NCBI RefSeq assembly: GCF_001194135.2
Contig: NC_069008.1
Coordinates: 14,562,393 to 14,612,747, forward strand
Direction of reading: 5' to 3'
Source of the DNA: Octopus bimaculoides
Taxonomy: Eukaryota
Length of the DNA: 50,355 nt
Position 1 is the first letter of the stretch. Every line of letters begins with the position of its first letter. The notes beneath the pieces are model-generated. The model saw only the letters and a list, made by a program, of their open reading frames with translations. It was not told where the DNA came from and ran no database searches. Positions 49,991-50,355 of this stretch are shown here, in pieces. The position numbers were made by a program, and so were the translations under genes.

Positions 49991-50099
49991 GTGAGTATTC
50001 CCATTTTATTTTAATTAATTGGTGCTTCTATTTGAGCACATGTTAAACCCTTTCTGGCACTCTTGATCTATACATTTCTCCTCTTTTCAATTACATCTG

Positions 50100-50310
50100 T
50101 TGCCATATAAAAGCACCCATGCAGCATCACGTAAAAGCACTTGTGCAGTATCATGTAAAAGTGCTCATGCAGTGCCATGTAAAAGCACTCATGCAGTTCC
50201 ATGTAAAAGCGCCTGTGTGGTGCCATGTAAAAGTGCTCGTGAGGTGATATGTAAAAGCACCCATGCAGAACCACATCAAAGCACCTGTGCAGCACCACAT
50301 AAAAGTGTCC
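50100..50310 (+). repeat. 24-bp minisatellite, same family, in the receptor's intron
   Basis: About 9 units; produces the 8-aa periodic ORF MxLHxxFY on the minus strand; ends in gatgatgat. Confidence 0.88.
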
Positions 50311-50320
50311 ATGTGGATGA

Positions 50321-50355
<35 letters not shown>

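Noticed and set aside
49991-50046. ORF-track C-terminus EYSHFILINWCFYLSTC as TM7
   Set aside because: Follows a canonical GTGAGT donor and lacks YWLCY and NPxxY; intron read-through. The resemblance of WCFYLST to WLCYxNST is probably chance.
50068-50298. 8-aa periodic ORF MxLHxxFY; also the similar repeat in the 6918-7313 ORF
   Set aside because: In-frame translation of the 24-bp minisatellite.

Overview
Eukaryotic, AT-rich, gapped and microsatellite-rich scaffold. The SINE/LINE repertoire resembles a coleoid cephalopod, most likely Octopus (recognised from memory, not from a database search). The only supported host gene is a + strand muscarinic acetylcholine receptor (mAChR-A / Gq-like): one 3979-bp coding exon (46012-49990) holds the N-terminus, TM1-TM6 and an unusually large third intracellular loop of about 980 aa built from internal tandem repeats. 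TM7 lies beyond a phase-1 intron, outside the window. The upstream ~45 kb is transposon debris: two mariner remnants, a Penelope-like RT fragment, an internally deleted Gypsy with PPT and a short LTR, and RTE LINEs. One RTE RT is split just before YADD by a hAT-Tip100 element (8-bp TSD) that carries further nested insertions. There are also three tRNA-derived SINE families, many RTE 3'-tail copies, piggyBac- and mariner-type MITEs and several long foldback hairpins. Features the ORF track does not explain: at least five type I hammerhead-ribozyme-like motifs (one with a fully canonical core and all stems paired; two forming a 78-bp inverted pair with an inferred U4C core), a uORF whose first 19 nt duplicate the receptor start, and an in-frame candidate exitron that would shorten the giant loop. 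Nearly all other listed ORFs are microsatellite or N-gap artefacts.
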